Shown: one piece after another, positions 13,701 to 26,900 of the stretch
Numbering within the stretch: the first letter of the stretch is position 1
How the letters are laid out: every line of letters starts with the position of its first letter
DNA from: Selaginella moellendorffii
Lineage: Eukaryota; Plantae; Lycopodiophyta
Assembly: GCF_000143415.4 (NCBI RefSeq)
Contig: NW_003314285.1
Span: forward strand, 957,370-1,021,369
DNA length: 64,000 bases
Direction of reading: 5' to 3'
The notes under the pieces: model-generated
What the model saw: the letters and a program-made list of their open reading frames with translations, nothing else
Databases searched by the model: none
Told to the model about the DNA's origin: nothing
Translations under genes and position numbers: made by a program

Positions 13701-14064
13701 AATATAGCTAATTTCTGTCATATTTTATAAATATGCTAAGAGTAGTGGCATTTGAGGTGGTGGCAGCAACACTAGTGGTGGTGGTGGTGATGATGGTAGT
13801 GGTGGTGGTGGTAATGGTCATAATGGCAATGGTGTTAGTAATGGTGGTGATGATAGTGGTGGCAATAGTGGTGATGAAAGTAATGGTGGCAATGGTAGTG
13901 AAGGTGGTGGTGGCAGTAATGGCAGTGGTGGTGGTAATGGTGGGGGTGGCAAAAATGGGGGTGGATGTGGGGTTGTAGAGTTAACAATGAGGACGGCAAA
14001 GTTGTTATGGAAATCTTAATTTGAAAGTTAAATTGGTTATTGTTTTGGACTTCATCTTCCTCAT
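10766..14064 (-). pseudogene. ParB/Srx-like + beta-class amino-methyltransferase-like accessory gene (MULE copy 1), spliced and decayed
   Basis: MFYIIDENYC (ParB-like, ~13175-13210); motif IV-like MLNGLPNVDGDVPS*N (~11345-11392); motif I GVVIDCTVGSGSIVKAAHDSNRLVFAIE (10785-10867); His/Pro/Thr-rich N-terminus from a (CAC)n tract. Confidence 0.7.
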
Positions 14065-14190
14065 GCCTTGTTCTCTTTGATTCAATATCCTTATCCTTTT
14101 GTATTTTTTTTTGCTTCTAAAAACAAGAAAAAAGAACTCACTAAAAAAAGAAAACAAAAGAAAAATGCATAAAAAGTGGTCATGTAGTGG

Positions 14191-14278
14191 TGTAAATAAC
14201 CAAAGAGAATGACTCAAAAGACAATCTATAGAGGTTCAAATATAAAGGGAACGGAAAGTCCAAATTTAGGAGCTTATA
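14191..14278 (+). mobile_element. Internally deleted solo LTR of the TRIM family seen at 40658
   Basis: TGTAAATAACCAAAGAGAA...AAGTCCAAATTTAGGAGCTTATA matches both ends of the TRIM LTR; flanks AGTGG/GGTGG (4/5 TSD). Confidence 0.65.
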
Positions 14279-16419
14279 GGTGGTTGTTCACCGGTATACC
14301 ACTCCAGTGGGCTGCCCTAGCAAACTCAACATGCACGGGCTGGTTCAATTCAGCACCATCGTGGCCTATATGCTGCACGCAACAAGTTGTGGCCAGGGAG
14401 CTCGGCCAGGCCCAATACACTAGCAAATTGGCCCTATGCGGGTGAGTCCGCCTATGTGGGATGGGCTCGGGACGCCTATCCCCCACAAGCCAACTCACTT
14501 GCAGCTTGCCGCATGCGGCATACAGGCAACACCGATGTGGCAGCATCGATGGCACCCACGCACAATTTGCCAGCATACCATGGGCTGTGGCATTGTGCCA
14601 GGCAGGGCATGGCATGTCATGCAGCATGCTGTTCTGGCCTATCCACCCTGTGCAGCATAGTGCTGCAGCCCACATCTACTAGCATCAGCACTGCTGCAGC
14701 CTGTTTGCCCTGTGCAGCATGGTGCCACGGCCCATGTGCGCCGTGTGGCATGCTGTCCTGGTCAAGCTGACAGCCAGGACAGTGCACCATCCACGGGTGT
14801 CCATGTGCCGGCATACCCTGGGGCTTGGTGTCATACGGCACTGGGTGTAGTGGCCATGGACGAGGTGTGCAAGCCTAGCTTGTGCAATGCAGTGTGGGGG
14901 GTGGCCCGACCTATGTGGCACAGCACGGTGCTCAGCTCAACACTTGTGTAGCAGTAGCCTACTTTGTGCTTGAGCAGCAGTAGCCCAGTTCAACGCTTGT
15001 GCAGAGGTAGCCTAGTTCGGTGCTTGTACAGTGGTAGCCTAGTTCGCATGGCGAGTGTGGAGGTGGTGGTACAGCGGCATGGAGCAATGTTGAGAGATGC
15101 AAATTGAGAAAGCACTACGAGGGGGAGGTGGAGAAAAAAATTGACTTACTCTTGGTGGCATTGTTTTTTATATCAATGGATTCCACAGAGTTGCTCAGCA
15201 GCTACCTTAACCCTAACCTAAATTTCATCATGGCCATTGATTATGGATGCAGTAAATCTCATATGTCCATTATGTTGCAATTATTTGCTAGCAATCTACA
15301 ATTTCTACTCTGTTCTAGATTTGATCACGTGACAAAGTACTTTTGAGTTATAACTTAATAATAGAGGTGTGCTATAATATCACTGTGTCATAATGTGGAA
15401 ATAATGTGACAGCCACATGTGTGGAATTGATTGCAATACAAAATTATAAATGAAAATTTTGTGTTTTCTTGCACGTCATAAAATCTTATCATAAAATATA
15501 AGATTCTTAAAATCATAAGGTGTTATTTCCAAAGCAATATGATATATAATTTACTACAGGTGATAGATGGCAGTACACTGATGGAATATATTTAAATAAG
15601 TTCAGAAAAATGTAATGATTTCAAGCTTTAATAAAGTACTTAAAATATGTATAATATTTTATTTTTATGGCAATAGTTGATCGATGGTAGATCCTAGAAT
15701 AAAATCATTTCTATCTTTCACATTATGGCACATGCTTGAGGTGATATTTCTTTTCATTTTGCCGAAAGTTAGTTTATATAATAACTTTGAGCATGTTTTG
15801 AATTTAATGTATACAGACTTTAAATATTGTACAACATAGTCCTCTATACTTCATATAGACCTTATGATAACAACATTAATTGATGGTAGATCCTAAAATA
15901 AACTCACCCTTACTTTTCACATAATGGCATATTAGTATTGACACATGTTTGAGGTGACATTTCTTTTCATTCTAACTCTAAATACTTAGCATGATAACTT
16001 TGAGTATATTTTTGAATCTAGTAAAAAAATTGGAAGACAATTTAAACTTTTAGTATTGTATAACAATATAGTCTTTTTATACTTCTGATAAACTTTATCA
16101 TAAAAGTTCAAACTTCCAAAACTTAAAGGTAACAAAATGAAGAGTTTTCTTCTACATTACCAAGATCACCTATTGCTTTCTTTTTCTCAAAGTCTTGTTT
16201 CAGAAAGTTTTCTTTGCCGACGTTTTGATCTTTTTCTCGGTTTTATTTCATTGGAGGCTATGATTCACAACACCACCAGTGTAGTTGAATGATTAAAGTT
16301 TCTTCTTTTGGGTGTGGGTGAAGGTCAATAGCATTGGGATTTGCAACATTCCAAGTCCAAAGAGATTCGAGGTTTTGGACCTTCAATCAAAGTGTGAGTC
16401 TGCAATCATGCTAAAGTGA

Positions 16420-19400
16420 ATGTGAAGCAAGAGTCGGTTATCATCATTTCCTCCTCTTCTAGTTCTTGTGTCTAGCACTAGCCAAGAATCTACTAACTCT
16501 GACTTCATTGATATTCAAAGTTGTTTGCAACGCTTTTTAGTTCTCCCAACTCTCTATCAGCCTGCACTCATTTTTGCATGGGCCCATTAGCGAGCTCCTA
16601 TTCATATACAATGGTGACATCTTCTTTGAACTACCACCTGTCAGCTCAAAATGAAAGAGGATAAAGACCAAGTAGGACATCCACAACTAATGCAAGATTA
16701 AGACCATATATTTCAAGCATTTTGAAGGCATAATGTCTATGGTTCATTGTGGTGGGCATTTGGATTGTGTGAATAAACCATACAATCAAAAGCACAGGAA
16801 AAATTCCATATTTTTTTATGGATTTGCAATCAATCCTCCTATCCGTGACATCCTTAGTGTTGGATTCAAATGCCAGTTTCTTGAGATTCACACATCCGAG
16901 ATTGTATCCTAAATAAAATAAAATGTAAGAGAGACACTATTAAAACATATGTAATATTATTTTCTTACCTCTTGAGGCTAGTTGCAAGTTGCACACATCA
17001 TAGTAACTCCTGTAAGTTAGCTTTGTCCTGTTGAGTTTTCTTTTAGCCCGGATCAAGTAAAGTGCTTCCGATAAAATTCTTCAACACTGTCTTTTGAACA
17101 TATTTTGGAGTTGCAAATGAGTTTTTCACAGTCTCTATCTACACTGCACCTTTGAAACAGTTGATTGAACTCCTTTATATCCCTTCTTACATTAGATGTA
17201 TATACGTGCCAATATGTATTATAACTTTACTAGCCTTTCCATCTCATAGAAGTAAGTAGTACATCTTGGCCTCGCTAATGGCACAACAAATTGAAGCAAT
17301 ATGATCTAAGGTAGTTATTTTTTCTCACTGTCTTAAAATAGTTTTAATGCCCTTTTCATAGGCTATGTTCCAACTTGACAGTTGCAACAGTAGAGTTTAA
17401 AGTTCAAGACTAAATAGCCTAGAAAATATTTTGGAAGTCCCTTTCCGACATTGTACTAAAGTGGACTAGTAAACTTACTAACTTTCGCAGTTTCATGGTA
17501 GATGGGGTTAGGGCTAATTGGAATGGTGTCTAGGCAATTTTTGGGAATAGTCAACCCCTAGAAGGTCATAAGAGGACTTATGACTTTCATTGAGCCTAGA
17601 TCCTAAACCAACATTGCAACTTTATCAAGCCAATGTTGTGCAAGGAATTATGCAAACAATGGCAAGCTACACCTTTTAAAGAAGAGCACAAGGCAAAAGT
17701 AAGGAGAGAGAGAAAACCCTAAGTTTAGCAAGAAGAGGAGCACCTTGAGAGTCGACTTTCGTGCTTGATCCAGAGTAGGAGTAGGACTAGGAGAGCAATA
17801 AGGACGATGCTGAGAGCAAGCCATGCCTTGGTTTCACTGGATTTGCATGTTCCATGAGCGAGAAAGCGTCAAGAGTACTCTTTTAGTCACTGCGAGCTCT
17901 CCACATGGATTTTCCACGATTCCTTTTCACGGCTGGAGAGAGCACATCCCCACGATCATTCTGAGTCCAAGAACAGGCGATTTGGAGCCAGGAATCAGGA
18001 GATCAAGGCGACCCTATCTCTGGTGGCGGCTAGGGTTATGGACGACCTAGGGATTGCGGCGGCGGCTGAACCACGTACCTTTTCACTGATCGCAACGGTG
18101 GGAAGATAGATCCTTCGAAGGAGCACACGCCAGCAAAACTTCGTGGCAATCCAACGGTTCACGAGCAAGATCCAAACGTTCAAATTTCGGAACATGGTTC
18201 AAGTTGGGGGCTTTGGAGTCCACGGTTGCTGGAACTTCTTCCAAGGACACTAGCTGCACAGAACCTCATCGGCAACGTCCTTCCTTCCTCATTCACTTGG
18301 GGTTCGGAGTTTTGGGGTCCGGAGAGCCAAGCTCCACTTAAGGAGGGGACAACTCGCTTGGTGCCGTTACGGCTGCTCGTTTGAATATGCAAAGGACACT
18401 ATTCTCTGACATGCACCGGGTCCTTCAAACTACGTGGCAGCACTTCCCTACCCTCCGATTGTACACCTAGTCCCAATCGGCAAAGGAACAACTTTCGACA
18501 GCACACTGAAGTCCCAATTTGTACAGTACAGCTGTGTTGGCTGATTCCTTTCTTGCCTTGGTTGTGGATCCACCATGATCAAGGCACTCGGAGCAATGCC
18601 ATTTGATGTATGGGATGTTTCGAGGGGCACGGCTTGTGTTAGAAGCTGCATCAGGCTAGCTTGTTGGAGTACGGAAACGTAGCTTCAACCCGGATCCGAA
18701 AGGAGTGGCTCGCCTTTGGTTGTGATTCTAGATGGATAGCGCCAAGGGTATGGCTACACTGGTATGAGGCTGTGGGACTGGCGTGGCGGCACTACACTTG
18801 CACGGCCTGATGGGAGGCTGGAAACAGCAATCCCAGTTGGAGGGGATCAGTCACACAGCAGCGAGGAGAGGACTCCCAGGCAGCAGTAGCATCACCATTA
18901 CCGGAGACGGCACACTCCTCCTCAGTTCACCGCACTGTGGGATCCAGGACAGTACATCTCCAGGGGCTTCTTATATCTCTGGAAAACTGTAGGCGTCATA
19001 CAGATGGAGATCAAGCAAGGGCGGTGTACCTTCACTGATCTCACGATCGACTCAAGTCCTTCACATCTGTAGATGCAACCACATGGGAGAGATGAGGCTG
19101 GGGACCATGGATAAGGCGCGAAGTTCACCACTAGTACGGATAGGGAGCACGCGTTTGCGGAGTGAGTGGCATGGCTTTGGGTAGCATAGAACCGAACACT
19201 AGTTCCCTGATCTGATCTGCACAGAACCGAACCGCACTCTAGTTCCAGGGATCCTCCCTTCATCTCAACCCCCCCATATGCTCTTTGCCAGTTTCAAGCA
19301 TGTCGAAACTGGACCTCTATGGTTTTCAAGAGGATAAATATGAAAAGCCCCATTGACAAGGCAAAAGTAAGCAAGATCCAAATGTGGTGGCATGAAGATG

Positions 19401-20482
19401 GCTATACGGACGTAAGTTGTCTACCACAACTTGAGTCATGGTTGGGGTGGTAAGAAGTTAGGATGTTCCAATGGGGACATCACTCTCTTCAGGTTAATTT
19501 TTCTTTTTTCTTTTCATTTTATTATTTTTTAATATCATCTTTTTCATTAGGACTAACCACTTGAGGATCTTGCATACACCCCAATTATGAATCTTTTAGA
19601 GAGTAAGTATTGGAGCTAGTGTTTTTTTTAGGCAAGGAAAGGGAAAATGAGTCTATATAAAGTATGTTTATTGGATTTAATATGCACTTTAGAACAGTTT
19701 TCAAAAGCCTTGGCATTTGAGGAAGGAAGATATATAAGAATAGACCTTCGGTTGAGATGTTACACGATTGAATGAAGAAAAAAGTGATTCCACTAGCACG
19801 AATAGTGGCAACTATAGTGGAGGAAGTGGTCCGCGGCATATCTATGGAATACACTCCCCAACCTTTTATTAGTGACATGAAGATCGTCCATTCAAAATGT
19901 CGCTTTTCCTTTGCTAATGAAGAAGTTAGTATGGACTTTGGAGCAAAAAACTCTCACAAGTCTAATGTTAAGTACCATTTTGCTCTAAGACACCGCCCTT
20001 AGACCGAGCTATCTCAAATGGCTAATAAAAAGAGTGCATCACAACAAGTTAAAATCACTTACTATAGCATGGAGCTGAAGCAATGGGCAATCCATTGAGT
20101 GCTAATAAAATCCAATGTAACATGTGTAGAGATGTTTTTGAGGGGCCAATGTTAGGCCTGGATCTGTGGTGATAAGTCTTCCTCTCTTCTAGCCTCATGT
20201 TTCCATAGGGAACGAAAACAAATAGGATTTTCAAGATGGTGTTAGTTATATTATTGCAACACTAATGTTAACCATACAAAGCGGCTTGAAGACACTATAG
20301 TGATTAAACTTAATGTAGTACCTAAAGAATGGCTAGTTGCTAACGGGGTTGCGCTCACATCAGATGAGATTGAAAACCTTAAGAAATCTAGTTTCAATAT
20401 TAAGAAGAGAGTTGAAGACATGAGTTATAGAACCAGAACTATTCCCACAAAGATGCACAAGAGGCCAACCAAAAAAAAGTAA
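16420..20482 (+). pseudogene. MULE transposase with N-terminal GCM-like region, interrupted at 17634-~19315
   Basis: YNGDIFFELPP...HCGGHLDCVN; IFWKSL...NFRSFMVDGVRANWNGV*AIFG...RTYDFH* (catalytic D and a CxFHW-like motif); IQMWW...LESWLGW after the insertion. Confidence 0.7.
17634..19315 (-). mobile_element. Probable LTR-retrotransposon 3' LTR fragment (~17634-19267) with a PPT remnant
   Basis: Breaks the transposase at TGTTGTG; the minus strand shows a G7 tract followed by TGAGATG and ends CACAACA; GC-richer than its host. Confidence 0.4.
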
Positions 20483-21729
20483 GACAGTTAAATTTATTAG
20501 TACCATTTCCAAGTAAAAGAAGGGTAAAAGAAGTTTGGCTCAAATGCTTGTGTGAGATTCTCTCCACGAAGTATATCACTACGTTTGCAAAAGAGGGGTA
20601 TAGTTTAAAGTTGAGTTAAGCTTATGAATTGAGCTCAATTCAACTCAAGTCAATGTTAGTCAACATTGTCAACCATAAGTCTTATAAGGAAATATTAAGT
20701 CAGAAAAATGTTATTCTTTGGTGAACTTGAAATTTATGAATTTAAGTATTAATAGTTCAGAGAGATTTCTATTTTTTGAATCTTTCTAATGCAATTTATA
20801 CAATTTCTAGAATTAGAAGTTCATTTGAACCCATAGAAATTTTTGGGCTTTATTGATCCCAAATAAAATGGGAATATTGAAGTTTGAATGAACCTAAAAT
20901 TTCTATTGTACATTTTAACATTTTAACATTTCAACAATTGACTAGAAATATAAAAATAATTTGAAATACTGATTCACTTGTTCATTCTTTAGGGTTTATA
21001 AAGATGGGAAGCAAGGAAGACAAAAAATTGTAAGTAGTTATAGCATACAGAAATGTGAGAATATTAATTTTGTTTCACTACCACAATCTTTATATTACAT
21101 GCCTAGTCCTTATTACCCATCCGGGAATGTAGAGACCACTGTCACTATTGATAAAAATACTCCTGTTACTTTTGAAACAACAATCTAGAGCAAGAGAAAA
21201 GAAGAAATGAACAACACAGTGGAAATCACTAATAAATCCTCTCTATAAACCTTTCAATGGGTTTTGTAATCCACTAAAATATTATAAAAAAAATAATTTT
21301 TTTATATATATCTTATTCTTTTTGATATGTTTTGTCTTTGCAAAGATATATGATGTGGACAAATCAAAGAGTTAAATCCATATATGATTTTGGGATTGAA
21401 AGGTAATCTTGCAAAAAAGCATACTCGCGTGCCTGTGTGTATTCGCCATTATTATATATGGCAGGCCAGCTATATAAAATAAGGCTATGTATTAATTATA
21501 TGCTAGTTTTTAGCTTCTGAAACCCTATAGCCACTTGTCTCTCATAGTAGGTTGAAATTACTGAGACTGACAATTATGATTCAATATATTGTCATGTCAT
21601 AATAAAACATCATTCCCAAAATTGAAATATAGTATATTAATTCGAGAATTCTTATTGCTGGGAAATTTAATTCTTCTTGTGTGTTGCAATGTTAGGAAGA
21701 AGTTTACTTTTAGTCTTGGAGGCATTTTA

Positions 21730-22776
21730 TATGAGTCTCCACCTCCATCTTCAATCTTAACCAATAATCCACCTTCACCTCCATGCAACAATCCTTTTTT
21801 TTATTTTGAGGGTTGTTGTGAGGCTCTTCCATTTGCGACCTCGAGTGCAATTGAATAAGAATTTTTTCCTTATGATGTTGTAGGGGAGTTTAATGTAGAT
21901 ACATATTATCTTCAGTATCCTATATGCAACTTTTATTTAAACAAATCAGATGGTTGTATGGGTTTGGTAAATTTTATTGAGCATTGTCACAAATGCCTAA
22001 GAGCGGGTTTGGAAGGTGTGCACACATGGATGTATAAGAAAATCAAGAAAGAATTAAAAACACACAACTATTATGATTTCATGGTGGAGAACAATATTCC
22101 ATTGGTGAACACTACATCAGTAAGTGCTGAATATAGGATATTTAGGCCACCTTTAATGTAATGTGAAAGTCATACATAGTTTTTTCAAAAGTTTAATTCT
22201 TTATGAGTAAAGTGGAAAATCTTATATTTTCGAGAATGATAGTATTCTAGCATGTATAAAGATATTATTATATATACAAGTGGTTCTGACACTATTATAA
22301 TTCTGAAGTCCCATTTTTGAGACTGATAATTTAAACTTTCAAGAACCCCTAGATCTTTTCTTAGTATAAATACTGACAAGGGATGCTTTCAACATTAAAA
22401 TTTCAATTTGCTTAGAGTGTAGGAATGACTAAAGAAAATATTATTGTTACTCACACTTAACCCCCATGCATTCATATGAGTCTTCATCTCTGTCTCCAAC
22501 TTCTATCAACATTCCACCCTTCCCTCCACACAACAATCGTTGTGAGGCTTTTTCTTTTGTAGCCCCAAGTGTGACTAAACAAGAGATCCCTCTTCCAGAT
22601 AATGTTTTAGATATTGCTATTAAAGATGAATTGCCTCATGTGCTTTAAGAGCGATGCCAAATGTTTTTTCAAGATCTTGCTCTAGATATAGCTGAAACTT
22701 TTGAAAGAATGAACACATATTATCTCCAGTGTCCCATTTGCTACCTTTATTTAGATAAAGGAAGGCTGTATGGGTT
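21730..22776 (+). pseudogene. Tandem C2HC zinc-finger-like ORF pair of MULE copy 2, second copy cut by the Tat insertion
   Basis: MGLVNFIEHCHKCLRAGLEGVHTWMYKKIKK; YYLQCPICYLYLDK. Confidence 0.5.
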
Positions 22777-23704
22777 TGTTAGGGCGTGGCCACCGAGAGA
22801 GTGAGAGAGAGAGAGGGAATCTTCTGGTCCTTAGAATATTCCCCATCTTCCTTGTATAAAACCCTTGCCTCACAAGGGCAAAGGGGGGCATTTTGCGGAG
22901 AGTAGTGAAGCATTTCTCGTGTTTGAGCGAGCATTGGGGGAAGCGCCCCTCCTTCCCCCAATAAATGGTGAACCTGGCGTGATGCGCAGGACTTTTTGAA
23001 GCGTCATTTCTCTCTTTTTTTTTGGCCGCAGACTTTGGGAAGGAATTCCTTGTTCATCTTGCGGTGGTTTTCTTTGATTTTGAGTGTGTTGGATAGGTCT
23101 GGAGCTCCTATTTCCAGCAAGGTATGGCGCTCATCAAGCCGTGTAGTATTTGAAGAGATACAATGTTTCTTAGCTCGGTCGAATGAGCATTTTGGGGTTT
23201 TCACTTTCTCGCCTGGATCCTCGGCCAAATTTCTCAATGTAGTGCATTTGGGCTTGTAGATGTGGCCTAGATCTATGAGTAGTGGTAGTTCTTGCCACTA
23301 GATTTGGGCGAATTGACGGCATGCAAAAGAATTTTTCTTCTCCAGCTAGATTGAGTTATATTTGTGGTAGGAATTCATGCTCCTCCAGGCTTGGGTTTTG
23401 GATGCCGTTTATTTCTAGAGGTGCTCCTAGTCCTAGGCTTTCAAGAAGTACCAATGGCGCCTTAGTGTCAATCTACATCATGGACATGCACATGTTTTTC
23501 CACAATGTTGGCATTCTAGGCTACCTCTTTGTGGATTTCAGGGAATATTGAGGCGGTTTCTTCCCAAATTCTTGCAATAGAAGGTAGATAGGGCTGAGCT
23601 CTTTCCAATAAGCCCACCAACAATCAAAATGGAGAAGGATCGAGACTAGAGGCCTCATTTTTCTCTTTTGGGTTTTCTCCTTGGGAACGAAGCAATCTTC
23701 AAGG

Positions 23705-23995
23705 AACAGGTAACCGTAGGAACAGGAACAGGAGGAGTAGGAACAAGAGTTGGTGTAGGAATAGGGACAAAAGGAATAGGCATAGGGATAGGAGTTGGTG
23801 TCGGAGCAAGTGTAGGGGTAGGAGTGAGAGTAGGGCTTACCGGTTATAGGTACTTGGCTACTGGTTACCGGCTACCAGCTACTCCCGCAGCTACTCTAGT
23901 GGCTGCTCTAGCGGCTACCCCGGTTACCGGCTACCGGCTACTCCAGTGGCTCCTTCAGCGGCTATTCCAGTGGCTACTCCGGCGGTTATTCTATG
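23705..23995 (+). repeat. Low-complexity tandem repeats (GGARYA-like hexamers, then CCGGCTA/GGCTACT units) in the Tat 5' region
   Basis: Directly visible periodicity. Confidence 0.7.
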
Positions 23996-26900
23996 GGTCA
24001 ATGGTTACGTGTGCTTGAGGCCTACATCTCCTTCCATTTCTCTTCGTCATAGGCATTTTGAGCAACTTGAGCACTAGCCTATAGTCTTTTTGCTCCTGTC
24101 AACCCAGTTGCCTTGACCGGGCATTTGCAGTGTTCAGGGTATTTGATGCCAGTACAAACTAGACGTACGACAAATTGGCGCCCTTTTACCATACCTCAAG
24201 GCCCTAAGGTACGTAGTAAACTTTCTAACATCCAAAGGCAGCTTAGGTACAACATTGCACCTTTTCGGGCCGAGTCTTCTTCATCCTCGGCAGATTCCAG
24301 TGATTTCGATCTATGAGCTATGGCGCAGCCACCTTTAGCTCGACCTCAGCTCCATGTTTTGCAAAAGGGGAGTGATTTGCCAACCTTCTCAGGTGTTGGA
24401 ACAGTCTCTCCAACATCGCATATCAGTCGCTTTGATTACTACTGCACCACAAACATGATCGTCAATGATGATCGTATGTGTGCAGTCTCTTGAAGGCAAA
24501 GCAGCAACTTGAGTAGATTCTCTCCTCCCAGAGGACCGGACAGACTTCCAAACACTACTTGCTTCTTTCAGAGAGCGCTTCGTTGAAGAAAAACCCATAA
24601 ATCAGCTACTTGTCGACCTCTTTTTGTTCCGGCAGGGTGCTCACAAGTCTGTTCCTGACTATATCACACGGTTTTGAGCTTACTGGAAGTAGTGTTGGGA
24701 ACGCCCAGTAGTCCAAGATGAGCAACAGGGGATCACAACATTCACAGCAGGTCTGCGTGGGAACTTGTAGCAGAAACTTCTTAAGAAGACTTTCAAGTCT
24801 TGCCGTGAAGCATTTTTGTTTGCTACAAAGTTGGAAAGAGAGCTTCTGGTTGACTTAGGGATTGCTAGAGTTGATTTTGACCAAGCCATCACCCCGTCAG
24901 AGTCACCTTGTGCAGCTGTTCGCCCATCCATACCAAAGCCTGTCGCTATTGAGCATACATCTCCGGCTCTTGAGAACTTTGCCAACGAGATGTGGCAGCT
25001 AAAGGAGATCATTCTTCAACAACAGTCCCACCATGACAAACTGCTCCAAGAGCTGGTGGAGTCCAGGAAAGAGGCCACTACAGCTCGGGAACGCAGATTT
25101 AAGTCCCGTTGGTGCACTCATTGCGAAACAAACACACACAACACACAGTGCTGCTTCAAGCTTCACCCAGAGATTCGGCCTCCATCCTCTCAATGTGTCC
25201 AACAACATCCCTTTGCTGATAATTCCACATCGTCTCGGGGTCCAGAGACATATCAAGAGCAGTTGGAGCGACAAGCAATTGAGACCGCCCCTTCGTCAAG
25301 CAAAGGCAAGGCACCAGCCTCATCGGTCAACACGATTTTGGTAGCTAAGGAACTCTATAGGCAACAGTAGCAAACTGCAGCTACTCGAGCCCAAGCGAAG
25401 AAGAAGGTAGCCGCTCAGTCTGCCACAGATCCCCCGGTGCCGGTTGAGAGTGAATCTCCATTGGCATCAGGCCCAGTGACACAGAGGGTGGCTTGTAAGC
25501 TCCCCTTCAAGTCACTACTCTCTTCTCCTCCTGGGATCCCACCAACAGCTATTCCTATTCTGGAGCCGGTTCTTCAGCAGCTGGTTGACACTCCCGTCAC
25601 CTTTTCGCTCCGAGACATGTTGTGTCTTATCCCGGGATTTGGCCAGCGTTTGGAGGAGTTTGCACGGTCAGGACCACTAGAGAGCACTCTCAAGAGGACT
25701 CCTCAAGAGGTGCACATTGTCGATATGACAAAATATGGTGGAGATCCTAGTCCATTCTTTGTCCTAGTATAGATTGGTACTTCCTCTTGTAAGATGGATG
25801 CTTTGGTTGACTCTGGTTCTGGAAGCAACATTATCTCTCTCGAGGCTACCCTTTCAACACAGCTACAGATCACTGAGAGCTCCTCCATCATGCTCAAAAC
25901 CTTCGCAAACCACACCGTTCCTCCGACAGGAATTTGCTGTGATGTCAAGGTCTCAGTGCAGGGTGTTGTTTCTAAGGTAGATTTCCTCGTGGTTGACTAC
26001 CAACGTCTTGGAACGTCCTCTTTGAAGGACTCTATCATCCTTGGCTGCTCATGGCAAGTCGCAGCCCATTGCACCATTGATAGTGCACAAGGCAGGTTGG
26101 AAATTAGCGATGGAACCCATAGCACCACCTTTCTCAACAACCACGGCAGAGCTCTTTCTCAGCAAGCCTAGCAAGCTCGGACTAAGATGGCCTCCACACT
26201 GTACTTTCCTCCTGAGCTCACAGAGGTTTTTCCTGAGTTAGCAGGGGCATCAACCATCTATATGATGGATGCTTTCTCATGCAATGCAATTGACATGGTT
26301 GGAGGTGAGTCAGGTAGCCTAAGACATCTCTCAGCTTCACTCTCTTTATTTGAGAGTAAGGCCAAGCCTCTAGACAGGCCCTCTTTATTCAATGATAGGG
26401 CTTATAGAGTATGGGTTGCTACATCCAGCTTTCCGGAGTGTCTCTCGGTAGAGGAAGGGCTTCTCGACTCGTTTCTTGCATGGGACCGACTTTCTCTATG
26501 GAGCTAGATGACATAGTCGCTTCAGACCAGGCCCATCTTTCGCAGGACACAGCCAAACTCAATCCTCCTCAACAACTATCTGAGGTGTTACACAGCCAGC
26601 ATCTTCCAACTAAAATCGCGGTAGCTGACGACTCCGAGCGTATTTTGTCATGCTGTTTTTTGGAGACGGAAGATGACATCCAATCACACAACTAGCAGGA
26701 AGAATCAAGCAAATAGAACATGTTTCATGCAAGTTATAGCTCTTTGAGTTCAGAATTTCCTACCGTGGAGCCCCCGGTACAGATCCAAGGGTATTACACT
26801 GAAACTTTAGCATCAGACTTGGACTGGACTTTGGTGGAGGATCTCCCTTCACTTGTGGAGTACCTGGCTGCAGTCCTTGCATTGGACATTGAGCGCTCAG

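Larger units (their letters stand above)
8333..20590. mobile_element. Decayed Mutator-like (MULE) DNA transposon, copy 1, with accessory genes; right end unresolved
   Basis: Collinear with 20598-22776 plus 37290-42890; MULE core motifs at ~17370-17593; boundaries approximate. Confidence 0.7.

Noticed and set aside
13733-13978. Val/Met-rich membrane-protein-like ORF (also 39962-40192)
   Set aside because: Antisense reading of a (CAC)n-type low-complexity tract
24165-24235. End of the Tat 5' LTR and its PBS
   Set aside because: Two candidates (ACA-AAT-TGGCGCC and CTAACA) and no second LTR to decide between them
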